A DNA stretch of 64,000 bases. Origin: Methanobacteriaceae archaeon. GTDB lineage: Archaea; Methanobacteriota; Methanobacteria; Methanobacteriales; Methanobacteriaceae. The stretch is taken from positions 48,916-112,915 of the forward strand of contig JACBOA010000004.1 of the NCBI GenBank assembly GCA_013403005.1. Direction: 5' to 3'. The notes under the pieces are model-generated. The model made no database searches. It was not told the origin of the DNA and worked only from the letters and a program-made list of their open reading frames with translations. Positions 44,333 to 60,304 of this stretch are shown here, in pieces; position 1 is the first letter of the stretch; each line of letters opens with the position of its first letter. Both the position numbers and the translations under genes were made by a program.

Positions 44333-45064
44333 CTATTGTTTATTATTATAATTCATTATCATGTGGCGTATTAAATCTTCAACATCGTTTACAAACTTGT
44401 CATGGTCGATCCCTCGGCTTTCCAGGATTTTTTCATGATCCGGAGGAATATCTGACATTCGTTTGGAAATAGATGATAGCAAAACGGCTGCTTCAATTGG
44501 ATCTACATCGGAGCGTATGGTTCCATCATCGATACCGGTTTGAATGGAGTTACACATGATAGAGAACCTTTCTGATCGCAATTCCATGATCTTATTTAGA
44601 TATTGGTTAGCGACCTGTTCTTCCTGTGAGGTTGAGGGGCTAGGAGGGCATTTATTGATCTGGCTGACTACACAGTTAAGATACTCATTATTCATTATTC
44701 TTTTAATATCAAATCTACCTGATTGGAAATAGGTATATAGTCGTATGTAATCTCTGTAATTTTTGGTGAATTCATAATAAGCCTTACGAAAAGCAGAGAC
44801 TTTTTCAATTCCCTTTTCTGCATTTTCAACTTCTTCTTTAATTTTTGAATTCAAAATCAATGTTCCACGCAGAACAATGGCAAAAAAAAGTTCTTCTTTG
44901 TTGGCAAAGTAAAGATAAAGAGTTGCTTTGCTCAGTTCAACTTCCTGGGCGATGTCATTCATGGAAACTTCATCATAGCCCCTGGCAAAGAATAATTTTT
45001 CAGCGGCATTAATAATGTCATTCCGCCTTTGTTCTTTTTCTCTTTCCCTTCGATCTTTAATGGA
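44333..45064 (-). CDS. TetR/AcrR family transcriptional regulator
   Basis: HTH NDIINAAEKLFFARGYDEVSMNDIAQEVELSKATLYLYFANKEELF. Likely start MSIKDRRE at 45064; the ORF extends to 45100. Confidence 0.8.
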   Translation of the reverse strand, partial: SIKDRREREKEQRRNDIINAAEKLFFARGYDEVSMNDIAQEVELSKATLYLYFANKEELFFAIVLRGTLILNSKIKEEVENAEKGIEKVSAFRKAYYEFTKNYRDYIRLYTYFQSGRFDIKRIMNNEYLNCVVSQINKCPPSPSTSQEEQVANQYLNKIMELRSERFSIMCNSIQTGIDDGTIRSDVDPIEAAVLLSSISKRMSDIPPDHEKILESRGIDHDKFVNDVEDLIRHMIMNYNNKQ

Positions 45065-45304
45065 CATTGCCTCAACTCCTAATTGCTTAACATGTAACAT
45101 CAGTTATTATAGTTCTAAGGTTTTATTATTTTATTGAATTTAGGCTTGCAAAAAAATAAGAAGAAATTTCAAATAAGAAAATGATTGGAATTAAAATAAA
45201 ATAACACTTCAAAAAAAAAACACTTCAAAAAATCTAATTAAAAAAATCGAATAGAATAAAAAAAGAAGCTCAACCAGTATATATCTAAATTAGCATATTT
45301 CTAA

Positions 45305-45565
45305 TTAATAAAAGCCCATTGCTTTGGCCAAAATAAGCACGCCCACTCCAACTATTCCTCCAAAACCTGCAACCAGTAAGGTTAAAATGTTGATGGGGAT
45401 CTTGAAAAATGGGAGTATGTTCCAGATGAAAAGAAGCACCCATCCCAGTATCATGTGCACCAGGATGCTTAGGGCAATTTTCCCCAGTTTCAAGAGCAGT
45501 CCAACTCCTAAAACTCCCAATACCAGTAGGATAATGCCCAGGATCACCATGGTCAGGATTTCCAT
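45305..45565 (-). CDS. small hydrophobic membrane protein (86 aa, 3 TM)
   Basis: Gly/Leu-rich TM helices. No assignable family. Confidence 0.4.
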   Translation of the reverse strand: MEILTMVILGIILLVLGVLGVGLLLKLGKIALSILVHMILGWVLLFIWNILPFFKIPINILTLLVAGFGGIVGVGVLILAKAMGFY

Positions 45566-45643
45566 AATCCGGTTCCTCTCATCTGAACTATTTAATTGTA
45601 ATGTCTGTTTTTAATAATCCAATAGGGATAAACTACTCTTTGA

Positions 45644-46822
45644 CTATTTCCTACGGCAAATATCCTGATAACAGGCCGCCTGGATCCCATAATTCTTGAC
45701 CATACCTGCCATTTCCCGCTGATCCATCTCTTTATCTTCAAACGAAACAGCTTCTTCCTGATACAGGCTGAATGGTGATTGTCTTCCCAGAATGCGCATG
45801 CTACCTTTATGCAGTTTCAAACGCACTGTTCCAGAAACACGTCCCTGCATGTTGTCTATGAGCTGATCCAGGTCTTCACGGAGTGGCTCATGCCACAATC
45901 CATTGTAAACCAGTTCAGAGTAAGTTTGGGATACAATCTCTGAGAACTTCAACTCATCCCGGGTTAAAACCAGCTGTTCCAGTGCCTGGTGGGCATTAAT
46001 TAAAAGTACAGCTCCTGGAGTTTCATAGTTCTCCCTAGATTTTAGGCCGATTATTCGGTCTTCCATTATGTCCACCCGGCCAATTCCATGCAATCCTGCA
46101 ATTTCATTAGATTTTTTGATGATGTCCAGGGGACCAAGGAGTTCTCCGTTAATTTCAGTGGGAACACCTTCTTCAAAGGATATTTCAATAATTTCAGCTT
46201 CATCAGGCGCATCCTCAGTAGAACGTGTCCAGCTAAAGGCTTCTTCAGGAGTTTCCACCATGGGATCCTCCAGTATATCTCCTTCTATGGAACGTCCCCA
46301 CAAGTTCTCGTCTATACTGTAAAGCTTATCTGAAGGTAAGGGGATTCCATGAGACTCTGCATAGCTAACTTCTTCTGTTCTGGTTAGGTTCAAATCCCTT
46401 ATGGGGGCTATAACCTCACAATCTGAGAATGATCTGATAATGGACTCGAAACGGAACTGATCATTGCCCTTTCCAGTACAACCATGAGCAATTGCTTCAG
46501 CACCAACTTTATCAGCCAGTTCAACGATTTTAATGGCTATAAGAGGTCTGGCAAGCGCAGTTGAGAGGGGATAACCTTCATAAACAGCATTTGCTTTAAT
46601 GGCCCGGAAGATAAATTCACTTGCGAACTCATCTTTGGCATCAATGGTGTAATGTTCAAGACCCATTTGCCTTGATAAATTTGCAGGTCTTGTAATTTCA
46701 TCGTCTGGCTGCCCAACATCAACACAGGCAGTTATAACTTGCTTATTATATTTTTCTTCGAGTAATTTTATGCATACTGAGGTGTCCAGCCCACCGCTGA
46801 ACGCTAGAACCACTTTTTCCAT
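45644..46822 (-). CDS. argG: argininosuccinate synthase
   Basis: PP-loop AFSGGLDTS. ArgG length (392 aa) and conserved blocks throughout. Confidence 0.9.
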   Translation of the reverse strand: MEKVVLAFSGGLDTSVCIKLLEEKYNKQVITACVDVGQPDDEITRPANLSRQMGLEHYTIDAKDEFASEFIFRAIKANAVYEGYPLSTALARPLIAIKIVELADKVGAEAIAHGCTGKGNDQFRFESIIRSFSDCEVIAPIRDLNLTRTEEVSYAESHGIPLPSDKLYSIDENLWGRSIEGDILEDPMVETPEEAFSWTRSTEDAPDEAEIIEISFEEGVPTEINGELLGPLDIIKKSNEIAGLHGIGRVDIMEDRIIGLKSRENYETPGAVLLINAHQALEQLVLTRDELKFSEIVSQTYSELVYNGLWHEPLREDLDQLIDNMQGRVSGTVRLKLHKGSMRILGRQSPFSLYQEEAVSFEDKEMDQREMAGMVKNYGIQAACYQDICRRK

Positions 46823-47036
46823 ATTTAAATCTCCTTGATCCTTTTTTAGGTTATTATGTAAGAATAAATATTACTAAAACTATGATGCTAGGCTATAAAA
46901 AAACTTTATGATATTCAATTTCTCTTTGGAAACATATTTTTAACTTACTTTTATCTTGCCATAAAGAGTTAAACTAGTGAAAACTCTCATTAGATGTTCA
47001 TTAAATGCTTTAACATAAAAAGTAATGTTTTTTGTT

Positions 47037-47615
47037 TTAAAAAATCTTTTTCAGCTGTTTCCAGTATAGGTGGAAGTGGAATAGTGTGCTGAAGGCCATT
47101 ATAATGGCAAATTCAGCATGCCAGAAATCTATGGTTAAGTTCCAGGAAGATTGAATCCCATAGTTGATGAAGATCACCATTAACAGACCAGTTACTCCAG
47201 TAACCAGGAAACTCAGGATAAGGATAATATTCCAGATTTTATAATAAATCCTTCGTTTAAGGCGTTTTTCCAGGTAAAGAAGGTAGCTAATTAAGTATAT
47301 GATGGTAAGGGTGGTGGTCAAAGGTAAGAGGTAATAGTTTTCATTGGAGATAGAATGGGCTTTATTAATCTTAGAAAAACTCCTATTGCTTCCATTTTCA
47401 ACATTTCCTTTGCTGACAATACTTGAACTGGTATTGGTTGATTTAGAGCCGGGTGATTGGGAATGATCACAAATATTGTCATGGTTGGTATCCACATAAC
47501 GGGGGCATTGACCTGGAAAAGGATCATTTAAAAGTCCATAGGGGCAGTCATTCCAGGCATAAACTGCGATTGGAGTGAGGATGGCTATTAATAGCAAAAC
47601 ATACAATTTTTTCAC
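47037..47615 (-). CDS. membrane protein with N-terminal signal peptide, Cys/His-rich segment (CPYG...[15 protein letters not shown]) and C-terminal 2-TM HxH module; paralogue of the adjacent gene
   Basis: C-terminal region [24 protein letters not shown]...[23 protein letters not shown] aligns with [20 protein letters not shown]...[23 protein letters not shown] of the neighbour. Confidence 0.45.
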   Translation of the reverse strand: MKKLYVLLLIAILTPIAVYAWNDCPYGLLNDPFPGQCPRYVDTNHDNICDHSQSPGSKSTNTSSSIVSKGNVENGSNRSFSKINKAHSISNENYYLLPLTTTLTIIYLISYLLYLEKRLKRRIYYKIWNIILILSFLVTGVTGLLMVIFINYGIQSSWNLTIDFWHAEFAIIMAFSTLFHFHLYWKQLKKIF

Positions 47616-47953
47616 TTTAACAGCCTCCTTTTTTTCTTACCGGAATTAAGTAGATTATCAGACTTCCAGTAGGAGTGGATATGGAACAGGGCAACCCAGA
47701 ACATGGCGATTGAAAACTGAACATGCCAGTATAGTAATGCTTGGTTAAGGGGAAGAGCAAAACCATATTCAACAAGGCCTAAAAGCACTAAACCTACTCC
47801 TACAGAGATTAAAAAGGTTATGAGGATGAGGATATTCCACAGGCGTATGTGGGTGGATTTTTTCATGTAATTTTTTTGGTAAAGGATGAAACTAACTAAA
47901 TAAGCTGCTATGAGAGTTATGGATATGGGTATTAAATCATAGGTCATGTTCAT
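47612..47953 (-). CDS. small membrane protein, paralogue of 47037-47615 (conserved WH...HxH motif)
   Basis: See the paralogue entry. A 4-bp ATGA start/stop overlap indicates translational coupling. Confidence 0.45.
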   Translation of the reverse strand: MNMTYDLIPISITLIAAYLVSFILYQKNYMKKSTHIRLWNILILITFLISVGVGLVLLGLVEYGFALPLNQALLYWHVQFSIAMFWVALFHIHSYWKSDNLLNSGKKKRRLLK

Positions 47954-48182
47954 CGATATTATTCCAAGTTTATTTTATTTAACATCAGGAACGACTTTGG
48001 AGTAATTAAATATATCTAGATATTAAATTTTCTTCAGCATTTTTTTATTCAGTATTATGAATATAATATACTAGTTCGACTTAATAGTTAGACTTTAATT
48101 TTCTTAAGAAAATGTTATAATGTATATGTGTTTATAGATGTGTGGTTTTCATATCCACACTCAAACAAAAGAGGTGGGGTTC

Positions 48183-48923
48183 ATGGAAAAGAAGAGTAAG
48201 GCGGTCCTCATTGCCATAATTCTGCTTTCAATTTTTTTGGTTTCTTATTTATCCTTTAGTTTTTTCACCAAAAACGGTAATTCAGAGTATTCCTCTAGAG
48301 AAGTATTGGGCACTTACAATCTTCCTACAGCAGAAATTTCCACCAGGGTTTCTGTGGATCAGGCCATTAAGAGTCGAAGATCTGTTCGAAGCTTCAGTTC
48401 AACTCCCCTCACTTTAAAAGATGTTTCACAACTTTTATGGGCTTCTCAGGGTATAACGGATTCAGAGAGAAAATTCAGGGCTGCTCCGTCCGCAGGTCGT
48501 GTTTTTCCCATGGAGATGTACTTGGTTGTCGGTAATAACAGTGTTCAGGGGCTGGGAGCAGGGATATATCATTATAATCCTTTCAACAACACTCTGGAAA
48601 AGATTGTGGAAGGAGACCAGCGGTATAATCTGTCACAGGCAGCTCATCAACAGAAATGGGTTAATGATGCACCTATAAGTCTGGTAATTATTGGGAATTA
48701 TCAGAAAATGAGGGATAAATATCCTGATGAAAGAATCAGCACCAGGTTCGTGGATATGGAAGCGGGGCATATAGGAGAAAATATATATCTGGAAGTGGAA
48801 TCCCTGGGTCTGGGAACAGTAGCCATTGGTTCATTCTATGATGATCAAATGATAAACCTTCTAAAATTACCCTCCCATGAAACACCTCTTTATATATATC
48901 CAGTGGGGTTCCCGGCAGCATAG
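48183..48923 (+). CDS. SagB-type dehydrogenase domain protein (nitroreductase superfamily) with N-terminal membrane anchor
   Basis: SRRSVRSF...LSQLLWASQGIT...AAPSAGRVFPMEMYLVV...GIYHYNP...AHQQKW matches the SagB/ThcOx nitroreductase pattern. Likely start MEKKSKAV at 48183. Confidence 0.7.
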   Translation: MEKKSKAVLIAIILLSIFLVSYLSFSFFTKNGNSEYSSREVLGTYNLPTAEISTRVSVDQAIKSRRSVRSFSSTPLTLKDVSQLLWASQGITDSERKFRAAPSAGRVFPMEMYLVVGNNSVQGLGAGIYHYNPFNNTLEKIVEGDQRYNLSQAAHQQKWVNDAPISLVIIGNYQKMRDKYPDERISTRFVDMEAGHIGENIYLEVESLGLGTVAIGSFYDDQMINLLKLPSHETPLYIYPVGFPAA

Positions 48924-49072
48924 GATGAATTTTTTAAGGTTTAATATAATAATCAAAATATTATAATCAAATAGATAAAGGAGTCAGCATCAAATACTTA
49001 TTGAAAATATGTTAATTCAATCAAATGAAGAATTTTAAGGCAGGATAAGCTTATCTAAAACAAGGGTGGATC

Positions 49073-49789
49073 ATGGAATTCAAAATTGAGACTCTTGCCT
49101 GGGATACAGGGGGTGACATTACCCTGAATGAAGATTTAATGAGTGAAATATCTCTAAATGATCTGGGGAATCATTTAGTTGATGTTGCTTTAAAGGGAAC
49201 ACCCCTCTTGAAGCTGGGAAAAGGAAGTCCCCGCATTCTCTTATGTGCAGGGATCCATGGAAACGAACTTCCTCCGCAAGTGGCAATTTTCAGACTTTTA
49301 ATCAGGCTTGAGAATAAGAAAATCAAGGGGACAATTTACATTATACCCATTGCTATTCCTCATGCCACTATGAAAAATTCACGCAGATTCAAGGGATGGG
49401 ATATGAATCGTAAAACATTTAAGGAAGGATATATCTCCAATACCATCCTCGAAACAGCTAAAGCTGAGAAGATTGAGGCTGCAGCTGACTTCCACTCCAC
49501 TCAACCTCAAAGTAATCCTGGTGTAGAAAGTGTTTTTTGCTCGAAAAAGCCATGCTATGAGAGTTTTGAAATAGCCTCCCACATAACCAGTGAAACATCT
49601 TCTAAGGTCATTTCACAGGAAAAAGCAGGCACTTTATATGGTGGAGCCCTGGAAGATGAGCTTAATATCAATGGAATTCCTGCAGTCACCTGCGAAGTTG
49701 TATCCAGAAATGGTATGATTGATTCAGGTAGTGTAGAGAGATCATTACTCCAGATGGAATCTTTTTTGAATTATTTCAACATCATTTAA
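49073..49789 (+). CDS. succinylglutamate desuccinylase/aspartoacylase (AstE/AspA, M14-like) family protein
   Basis: Zinc-site region RILLCAGIHGNELPPQ. Fold-level length 238 aa. Confidence 0.6.
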   Translation: MEFKIETLAWDTGGDITLNEDLMSEISLNDLGNHLVDVALKGTPLLKLGKGSPRILLCAGIHGNELPPQVAIFRLLIRLENKKIKGTIYIIPIAIPHATMKNSRRFKGWDMNRKTFKEGYISNTILETAKAEKIEAAADFHSTQPQSNPGVESVFCSKKPCYESFEIASHITSETSSKVISQEKAGTLYGGALEDELNINGIPAVTCEVVSRNGMIDSGSVERSLLQMESFLNYFNII

Positions 49790-50038
49790 ATCATTAAATA
49801 CAGTTGAAGACTTTTTAATTTTCCTTGCCAATCTCGTTAATAGAGATAAATTTTCCATTAGATAATTTATATAATCCTAGAATTCCCATTTACCAGTAAA
49901 TAATGATTATTACCGAGAGTAATCATTACAAAGAATTACAAAGACATATCAATCATGGCATTGTCAATGAGTATATCTTCAGTGATTTAATGAAATATTA
50001 ACAGTATATGTAATTGAGCATATTTAGTAGGAGATAAA

Positions 50039-50764
50039 ATGCCTTCTTATAAAAAACATATTCTATTTTCAATTATAATGGTTTTACCATTTTTTCCTGA
50101 GGTTTATTACCTTGCACTGGCTGTTATTGGTGCTTCAGTAGTGGATCTGGATACCAGCTTCCGTTACCGCAATCTCTTAATCATGGCTTTATCTGGAGGG
50201 GTCCTGGCATTTTTATTAGAATTATTTAATATTACTCCATTTCCGGGAATTTTATTAATTAGCATTGCGTTATTCTTCTTTGTAGCCCAGCACAGAGGAT
50301 TAGTTCATTCCATCCCCGGAGTTTGTTTGGTAGCCTTTTCTCTATCTCTTTTTGTTTTAAGCTTCCAAGGACTTTTATCTGCCTTCAATATGGATTACCG
50401 GATTTCAATCTATTTAACTTCCATAATCATAGGAGTCCTAGTGCTTAATAGGGGCTTTTTGATTTTATATGCATTACTCGTTTCATTAGGAATCTTTTTA
50501 ACTCCAGAAAGAAGTTTCAACTTTTTATACATCTATACGGCACTGTTTGTAGGGTCTTTAAGTCATTTAATACTTGATCTATTCACTGGTAATGGGGTTA
50601 AACTTTTTGGACCGATATCAAGTCATAACTATGGTAAAATTGCAGGATTATTTCTTTTAGTCTTATGGGCGATTTTTGTGTTGATTTTTAATTTTTTTCC
50701 AGAAACAAATTTTAACTTACCACTAGACGATCTATTTAATTATAATCCATTCAATTTCAAATAA
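50039..50764 (+). CDS. membrane-bound metal-dependent hydrolase (DUF457/YdjM-like)
   Basis: Polytopic. Conserved His segments VHSIPG and SHLILDLFTGNG. Confidence 0.55.
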   Translation: MPSYKKHILFSIIMVLPFFPEVYYLALAVIGASVVDLDTSFRYRNLLIMALSGGVLAFLLELFNITPFPGILLISIALFFFVAQHRGLVHSIPGVCLVAFSLSLFVLSFQGLLSAFNMDYRISIYLTSIIIGVLVLNRGFLILYALLVSLGIFLTPERSFNFLYIYTALFVGSLSHLILDLFTGNGVKLFGPISSHNYGKIAGLFLLVLWAIFVLIFNFFPETNFNLPLDDLFNYNPFNFK

Positions 50765-50892
50765 ATCAACAAATAATATTCTAATTCTATATTTTGCAGT
50801 ATAAGTCTTTTTTTTAATTATTAGAAATACTTCATAGTAGCTATAGTTGAAATTAGCTAGTTTTAAATCTTTTTACATCTGGGAGAATTTTT

Positions 50893-50924
<32 letters not shown>

Positions 50925-51014
50925 TGAATTGTAATTTATCATGGTCATAATATGGTCAAGATGAAACCCATGAATGGAATAAAGTAGACTAATTAAAGGG
51001 TTTGTCATTTAACC

Positions 51015-51377
51015 ATGTTAACTGTTGATGATGTATCTGTATTAAAGATTAAGGGGCTAATTTACATGTTTATAACAAGAATATTCTACGGAATCGCCTA
51101 TTTTATTGTATTAATATGGGAGATATTTAAGGCCACCATAGATGTTGCTATCAGAACTCTTAATGGCAAGGTAGATCCAGTGGTTGTGGAAATCCCCACG
51201 GTCCTGAAAAGGCCAATTTCCCAGACTATTCTGGCTAACAGTATAACCCTCACCCCTGGCACACTTTCCATAGATCTGGACTCTGAAAATCAGGTTTTAA
51301 GGGTTGCAATCATAACTCCACGTTCTAAAGAGGAAGTCATACCATTTGAACCATACATTAAAGGGATGTTAGAATGA
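51015..51377 (+). CDS. ehbA: energy-converting hydrogenase B subunit A (MrpE/MnhE-like)
   Basis: [14 protein letters not shown] motif typical of MnhE. First gene of a 16-gene same-strand cluster. Confidence 0.7.
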   Translation: MLTVDDVSVLKIKGLIYMFITRIFYGIAYFIVLIWEIFKATIDVAIRTLNGKVDPVVVEIPTVLKRPISQTILANSITLTPGTLSIDLDSENQVLRVAIITPRSKEEVIPFEPYIKGMLE

Positions 51378-51643
51378 ATCTGTTTGTATTATCTCAATAT
51401 GTATTAATGGCGGCTTTAGCCATATTCGCCGTGGCCACCATCAGAATTGCCACCCGTAAGACAATCGCCATGGGATTGGTTGGACTTTCTGGGTTTACCA
51501 TTGCTGTGGCCACCTTCCTGATACTGTTAAATAACCTTTATGGCATTGCCTTTTGTCGAGATATAGCAATTGCACTACTAATTATGGATATGGTGGGAAC
51601 CATAGCTTTCGCCCGAGTTCTAAGGGGGTATGCACGTGGATGA
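51374..51643 (+). CDS. ehbB: energy-converting hydrogenase B subunit B (MrpF-like)
   Basis: 89 aa, 3 TM. 4-bp overlap with the upstream gene. Confidence 0.65.
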   Translation: MNLFVLSQYVLMAALAIFAVATIRIATRKTIAMGLVGLSGFTIAVATFLILLNNLYGIAFCRDIAIALLIMDMVGTIAFARVLRGYARG

Positions 51644-51911
51644 TATAATTACCATTATCAAATCAATCATACTGCTGGTCGCAGCTGTTTTAGTAATTTT
51701 AACCGCTATTGGAATAATAAGGTACAAGGATGATATGGAAAGAGTGTTATACGCCAGAATACACATTTTGGGTGTTATAGATATTGCTTGCATTGTTTCC
51801 TTACTTGTACTGGGAGAACCCCTATTGGCTGGTGTTTACTTTATATTAACCCCCTTTGCATCCCACGCCATAGCAAATGGGTACTATTATGGGGAGGATA
51901 AAGATGATTGA
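51630..51911 (+). CDS. ehbC: energy-converting hydrogenase B subunit C (MrpG-like)
   Basis: [19 protein letters not shown] resembles the MnhG motif. 93 aa. Confidence 0.65.
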   Translation: MHVDDIITIIKSIILLVAAVLVILTAIGIIRYKDDMERVLYARIHILGVIDIACIVSLLVLGEPLLAGVYFILTPFASHAIANGYYYGEDKDD

Positions 51912-52137
51912 ATATTTATTCATGCTAACTGCAGTTCTAGGAGCTATCCTTGCTTTGATGCAAAGGGATCTACTCAAATCTGCTATCTTGGTGGGTATCA
52001 GTGGAGCTTCCATTGCCATTTTATACCAGTATCTGCTGGCACCTGATGTGGCACTTACCCAAGCCATTGTGGGAGCAGCTATTTTACCAGTTTTCTTTGC
52101 ACTGGCAGTTTACAAAACACGCAGGATGGAGGAATAA
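51904..52137 (+). CDS. ehbD: energy-converting hydrogenase B subunit D (small membrane subunit)
   Basis: Start MIEYLFML overlaps the ehbC stop. 2-3 TM. Confidence 0.6.
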   Translation: MIEYLFMLTAVLGAILALMQRDLLKSAILVGISGASIAILYQYLLAPDVALTQAIVGAAILPVFFALAVYKTRRMEE

Positions 52138-52138
52138 G

Positions 52139-52501
52139 ATGGTCATTGACGTACAAATTGCATCATTATTTACCGCAGTGTCCCTGATTATCATCGGTAT
52201 TTTTGCCGCAGCATTCCTGGACAATATCATCAAAAAAATAATTGGTCTAGCTTTCATTGGAGATGGGGTTAACCTATTCTTGATTGCCATAGGTTACAAA
52301 CCCGGTGGAATCGTATACATATACCTACCAGGCATGGCAGCAGAATGGTTCTCACAAAACGCAGCTTATCCCCTTCCCTTTGCCATGGTTTTAACCAGCA
52401 TTGTCATCGGAGCCAGTACCATGGCGGTGATGCTGGGAATCATCATTGTACTCTACAAAAAGCGCGGATCCTTAAGCGCGAAGGAGATTCTGGGAGAGTA
52501 A
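52139..52501 (+). CDS. ehbE: energy-converting hydrogenase B subunit E (NuoK/MrpC-like)
   Basis: [11 protein letters not shown]...[15 protein letters not shown] fits NuoK/MnhC. Start is 2 bp after the ehbD stop. Confidence 0.65.
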   Translation: MVIDVQIASLFTAVSLIIIGIFAAAFLDNIIKKIIGLAFIGDGVNLFLIAIGYKPGGIVYIYLPGMAAEWFSQNAAYPLPFAMVLTSIVIGASTMAVMLGIIIVLYKKRGSLSAKEILGE

Positions 52502-52567
52502 TCAAATGTCACTTTACAATTTCAATGAAATCAATAATATGCCTTGCAATGCAACCGGGGGGATATT

Positions 52568-54069
<1,502 letters not shown>

Positions 54070-54073
<4 letters not shown>

Positions 54074-54405
54074 ACCTCTATGACTTGATAGTGAATAAAA
54101 TCAAATCTATCCAGGGAAAAGACGATGAATCCCCGGTAACTAACATATCCACATCGTCCATGCTCACAGCAGAGATAACCCTGATTTCATGTGTCCTGGT
54201 GGCACTGGTCATGCTCCGTCATGTTAGTAGGATCCTCATGATAGTCGCAGTCCTGGTGGTTCTATTCGCAGCTTTAACAGCCATGCCCCTCATGCCGCGC
54301 TTTAAAAAAGAACAAAACGATTCACTGGTAGCTATGATGTTTTATGTCATACTGGCATTGGCAATAGTAATTACCCTATTTTACTGGGGGAATTTAAATG
54401 TCTAA
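54070..54405 (+). CDS. ehbG: energy-converting hydrogenase B subunit G (membrane)
   Basis: 111 aa, 3 TM. Overlaps ehbF by 4 bp. Confidence 0.6.
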
Positions 54406-54676
54406 TGGAACAAGAAATCTTATAATGGGATTTTCTCTCTTCGTATTTGCAGTGACAATCTTCCAATCCACATACCAATTCAAACAGATGATATATCCAG
54501 GTATAAGTTATATCTACAACTACGTAGGTCCTAAAATAGCCCCTAATATGGTAACCATAGTGGTATTCGATTGGAGGGGCTATGATACTCTGGGTGAGGC
54601 CCTGATCCTGGTCACTGCAGTTGTTGCAGTTCTACTGGTATTTGGACGGGGAAGAGTCCAACTGGGAGGTAAATAA
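54398..54676 (+). CDS. ehbH: energy-converting hydrogenase B subunit H (MnhB N-terminal-domain-like)
   Basis: [19 protein letters not shown] matches the MnhB/DUF4040 motif (FRGFDTLGE). Confidence 0.65.
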   Translation: MSNGTRNLIMGFSLFVFAVTIFQSTYQFKQMIYPGISYIYNYVGPKIAPNMVTIVVFDWRGYDTLGEALILVTAVVAVLLVFGRGRVQLGGK

Positions 54677-54677
54677 C

Positions 54678-55172
54678 ATGAGCACCATACTCAAAATATT
54701 CGTATTCCCCGCAGCCATGATCATCATGTGCCTGGGTATCCTTACTATACTGGGTGGACACATCACCCCTGGAGGAGGATTCCAGGGTGGGGCAATGATT
54801 GCAGCCGCATTAATATTCTGCCTTATAGTTTACGGACTTAAAGACAGTCCATTACATCTATCCCACGATTTCCTGGCTGGAGTAGAAAGTGTCGGTGCTT
54901 TACTATTTGTTTTCCTGGGAATAGCTGGATTGGTATTCTCTGGATACTACTTGTACAACCTGGGTGTGGATATATACCACCTAGTCCCGGTGGCAATAAA
55001 AAACATATTCGACTATCCCGACCCCACTCATGCGGGAATTTTACCCTATCTAAATTTTGCAGTGGGATTAAAGGTTATGGTAGGTTTAAGTGCAGTAGTA
55101 ATAGCATTCATGGGATTTAAAGAGTATAAAGATGAATCCGATGGAAAACTTCCTGAAGAGGAGGTTGAATAA
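54678..55172 (+). CDS. ehbI: energy-converting hydrogenase B subunit I (MnhB C-terminal-domain-like)
   Basis: [11 protein letters not shown] is the MrpB hallmark. Confidence 0.65.
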   Translation: MSTILKIFVFPAAMIIMCLGILTILGGHITPGGGFQGGAMIAAALIFCLIVYGLKDSPLHLSHDFLAGVESVGALLFVFLGIAGLVFSGYYLYNLGVDIYHLVPVAIKNIFDYPDPTHAGILPYLNFAVGLKVMVGLSAVVIAFMGFKEYKDESDGKLPEEEVE

Positions 55173-55450
55173 TGATAACCTTATATTTAGGCCCCCTTGT
55201 CTTGGGATTAATACTGGGATTGGTACTGGGAAGCCGAATCAGAGATGTTCCTGAAAGTGGATTAAAATTCGGTGCATCTGTATACCTTTTGTTCATCATA
55301 GTTGCCTTTATAATGGCTTACCAACTGGGTCCTTTTCCCTACTACAATGACACCCCCTTTGCCAGTGGTTTTATTGCCGCAGCAGTGGGTATTATTCTCG
55401 GTAAACTAATATTTGGAAGGGGAAACAAACCTCAAAAAATGGAGGAATGA
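55172..55450 (+). CDS. ehbJ: energy-converting hydrogenase B subunit J (small membrane subunit)
   Basis: 92 aa, 3 TM. Start overlaps the ehbI stop. Confidence 0.55.
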   Translation: MITLYLGPLVLGLILGLVLGSRIRDVPESGLKFGASVYLLFIIVAFIMAYQLGPFPYYNDTPFASGFIAAAVGIILGKLIFGRGNKPQKMEE

Positions 55451-55568
55451 AACTAAAATTAATAATCACTACCTAAATGGATCACAATACGTTTGACTTA
55501 ACAATTTAATCCAAAATTTAATCCAGAGATGACTTAAAAACTCAAAATCAACTTGGAAGGTATAACTC

Positions 55569-57412
<1,844 letters not shown>

Positions 57413-57494
57413 AATGCCACATCAAAAATATGTTAATATAATAAAATTTACAACCAAATCCTTTGAACTTAATCAAAAGTATATAATAACAAAA

Positions 57495-57961
<467 letters not shown>

Positions 57962-58084
57962 AACATTATGGATTATAAAACCTAAAACCAAACCTAAAAC
58001 CTTAAATTCAATTAATTGATAAAAAAGAGGCAAATTAACGAGCAAGTCACATAAAGCTCAATAAGATTATGAAGGTGTAATATA

Positions 58085-59212
58085 ATGGACGATAACCAAA
58101 AAAACCGGACGGTTATAGAGGCAGAAGTTCCAATGGGAACTGTACATCCAGCTGCCCTTGAACCATACCGGCTAAGACTATTTGTAGAGGATGAAATCGT
58201 CCGCGATGCGGAGATGACTGTAGGCGTAAACCACAGGGGAGTGGAGCGAATCATGGAAGGTTTGCCTGTGGAGAAAGCTAACAGTCTGACTGAAAAGATC
58301 TGTGGAATCTGTTCAAACAGTCACATCTGGAACTCCTGCCGGGTAGCAGAAAAAGCCCTGGAAATAGAGGTGCCAGAAAGGGCAATATACATCAGGGTTA
58401 TAATGGAAGAATTAGAACGACTTCACAGCCACTTACTCTACTTGGCCCATGGAAGCGAAGTACTGGGTCATGAAACATTTTCAATGCGTCTTTTCTATAT
58501 CAGGGAGACTGTGATGGACTTACTGGGAATGATCGGAGGGAACCGGGTTCAGTATGGTTCAGCAGTATTAGGGGGAGTTAGACCCCGGTGTGAACTTGAT
58601 GATAAGCGCATCCAAAAAATAACACAGGGAATGGATCTCCTTGAGGAGAAAATAACGGCGTTTGCCGATCGTTTTGTATCCGACCCCATGGTAATGAGTA
58701 GAATAACAGGAGTGGGAGTAATCAGCCAGAAAGATGCCCTTAAATGGGCCTGTTCAGGACCCACCCTGCGAGCTACTGGAGTTAAATCTGACCTTAGAAC
58801 AGAAATGTTTGAATATGATCCTTTTGATTTTGATATAATCACTCAGGACGACGGAGATGTTAAGTCACAACTTCTTATGAGGGTTTTCGAGAACTTTGAG
58901 GCCATAAAAATCATACGACAAGCTGTAAGGGACCTTCCAGACGGCCCTATTACCAATCGTAGCTGGGAGATGCAGGACACGCCTCTGACCAAAAGTTACA
59001 TTGAAGTTCCGAGGGGAACCCTTTACCATTCCTATGCCCTGGAAGATGGCAGGGTTAGGAACTGTGTTATCCGAACACCATCCATGGCTAATATTGGAGC
59101 CATGCAGCATGCCTGTATAGGTCATCATATAACCGATGCCCAGCTTTCTGTGGTGCAATGTGACCCCTGTTTCACCTGCACTGACCGGGCAATTGAGATC
59201 ATCAAGTTATGA
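58085..59212 (+). CDS. ehbN: [NiFe] hydrogenase large subunit (NuoD-like), energy-converting hydrogenase B
   Basis: N-terminal Ni-binding [10 protein letters not shown] and C-terminal [10 protein letters not shown] (DPCxxC) motifs. Confidence 0.85.
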   Translation: MDDNQKNRTVIEAEVPMGTVHPAALEPYRLRLFVEDEIVRDAEMTVGVNHRGVERIMEGLPVEKANSLTEKICGICSNSHIWNSCRVAEKALEIEVPERAIYIRVIMEELERLHSHLLYLAHGSEVLGHETFSMRLFYIRETVMDLLGMIGGNRVQYGSAVLGGVRPRCELDDKRIQKITQGMDLLEEKITAFADRFVSDPMVMSRITGVGVISQKDALKWACSGPTLRATGVKSDLRTEMFEYDPFDFDIITQDDGDVKSQLLMRVFENFEAIKIIRQAVRDLPDGPITNRSWEMQDTPLTKSYIEVPRGTLYHSYALEDGRVRNCVIRTPSMANIGAMQHACIGHHITDAQLSVVQCDPCFTCTDRAIEIIKL

Positions 59213-59225
59213 GGAGAAATAAACC

Positions 59226-60215
59226 ATGGACCTTATATATTCAGCATTGGCAGTAATAGGCACCCTGGTGGTGGCCTTCATAGTAAGTCTATTCTTACCA
59301 GGTATCGAACGTAAGTTCATCCATGCCAGGATTCAGCAAAGGGTAGGCCCACCCATTACCAGTCCCGGGATAATGGCTCCCCTTAAATTTTTCTTCAAAC
59401 AAACCATCAATCCCGAATCTTCAATGCCCAGATTATACAATTCCTTACCCTTAATAAGTTTGATAATAATAGTTATCCTCCTATTATTCCTCATCCCTGA
59501 AATGTACTTTTTAGGAACCCTAGCCAGTGTAATTGCCATTGTGGGGTTCCTCAAAGTTGAAGAAATAATGTACATGTTCATGGGCAGCCTTTCAAAATCA
59601 GTGTTATCTGTACGCATGCCCTTCCCGGATAAGGTGAAAGGTGCTAAACATCCAGAAATCCCCAGATCATTTTTTGAGGAGTTAAGCAGCCTTCGCGCTT
59701 TCAGATTAATAGCATTCGGATCCTTCCCCTTATACATTGCCCTTTTTGTGGCAGTGGCCATGACCGGAAGCATATACTTACAGGACATAGTTGCCTACCA
59801 GCAAACACACGGACCCATCCTGTTCTCAGTGGCAGGAGTACTGGGAGCCATAGTATTCTTCATGGGATACATGATCCTCCTGAATGAATACCCATTTGCC
59901 ATCTTAAAAGCCAAACCAGACGTGGTTGAAGGACCCTACCTGGAATACGCTGCAAAATACAGGGCTTATGTATACATTACTCGTGGATTTCTGATGTTTA
60001 CCTTAGCCTGTTTATTCAGCACTCTATTTTTGGGAATAGCTCCCAACATCCTAAACATAAACTTCATCATCACCTTGATAGTAGCTCTGCTGTTCCCAAT
60101 GATTATGGCAGTGATGAGTGCATTCTCACCAGTATTCACCTATAAACAGTTCTATCCAACTGTTGCAGGAGTTTCTATAATAGGAGTATTGGCCATAGTT
60201 GCGGCACTCCTTTAA
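59226..60215 (+). CDS. ehbO: NuoH/CooK-like integral membrane subunit, energy-converting hydrogenase B
   Basis: [16 protein letters not shown] matches the NuoH motif ERK...Q.R.GPN. 8 TM. Confidence 0.8.
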   Translation: MDLIYSALAVIGTLVVAFIVSLFLPGIERKFIHARIQQRVGPPITSPGIMAPLKFFFKQTINPESSMPRLYNSLPLISLIIIVILLLFLIPEMYFLGTLASVIAIVGFLKVEEIMYMFMGSLSKSVLSVRMPFPDKVKGAKHPEIPRSFFEELSSLRAFRLIAFGSFPLYIALFVAVAMTGSIYLQDIVAYQQTHGPILFSVAGVLGAIVFFMGYMILLNEYPFAILKAKPDVVEGPYLEYAAKYRAYVYITRGFLMFTLACLFSTLFLGIAPNILNINFIITLIVALLFPMIMAVMSAFSPVFTYKQFYPTVAGVSIIGVLAIVAALL

Positions 60216-60304
60216 ACCACAGAAAAATGATACTAAAAAGATATAGTAACTTAAAGGAATCATTCAAGTAGATAGAAATAATTTAAACACGTTATGGTGA
60301 TCAA

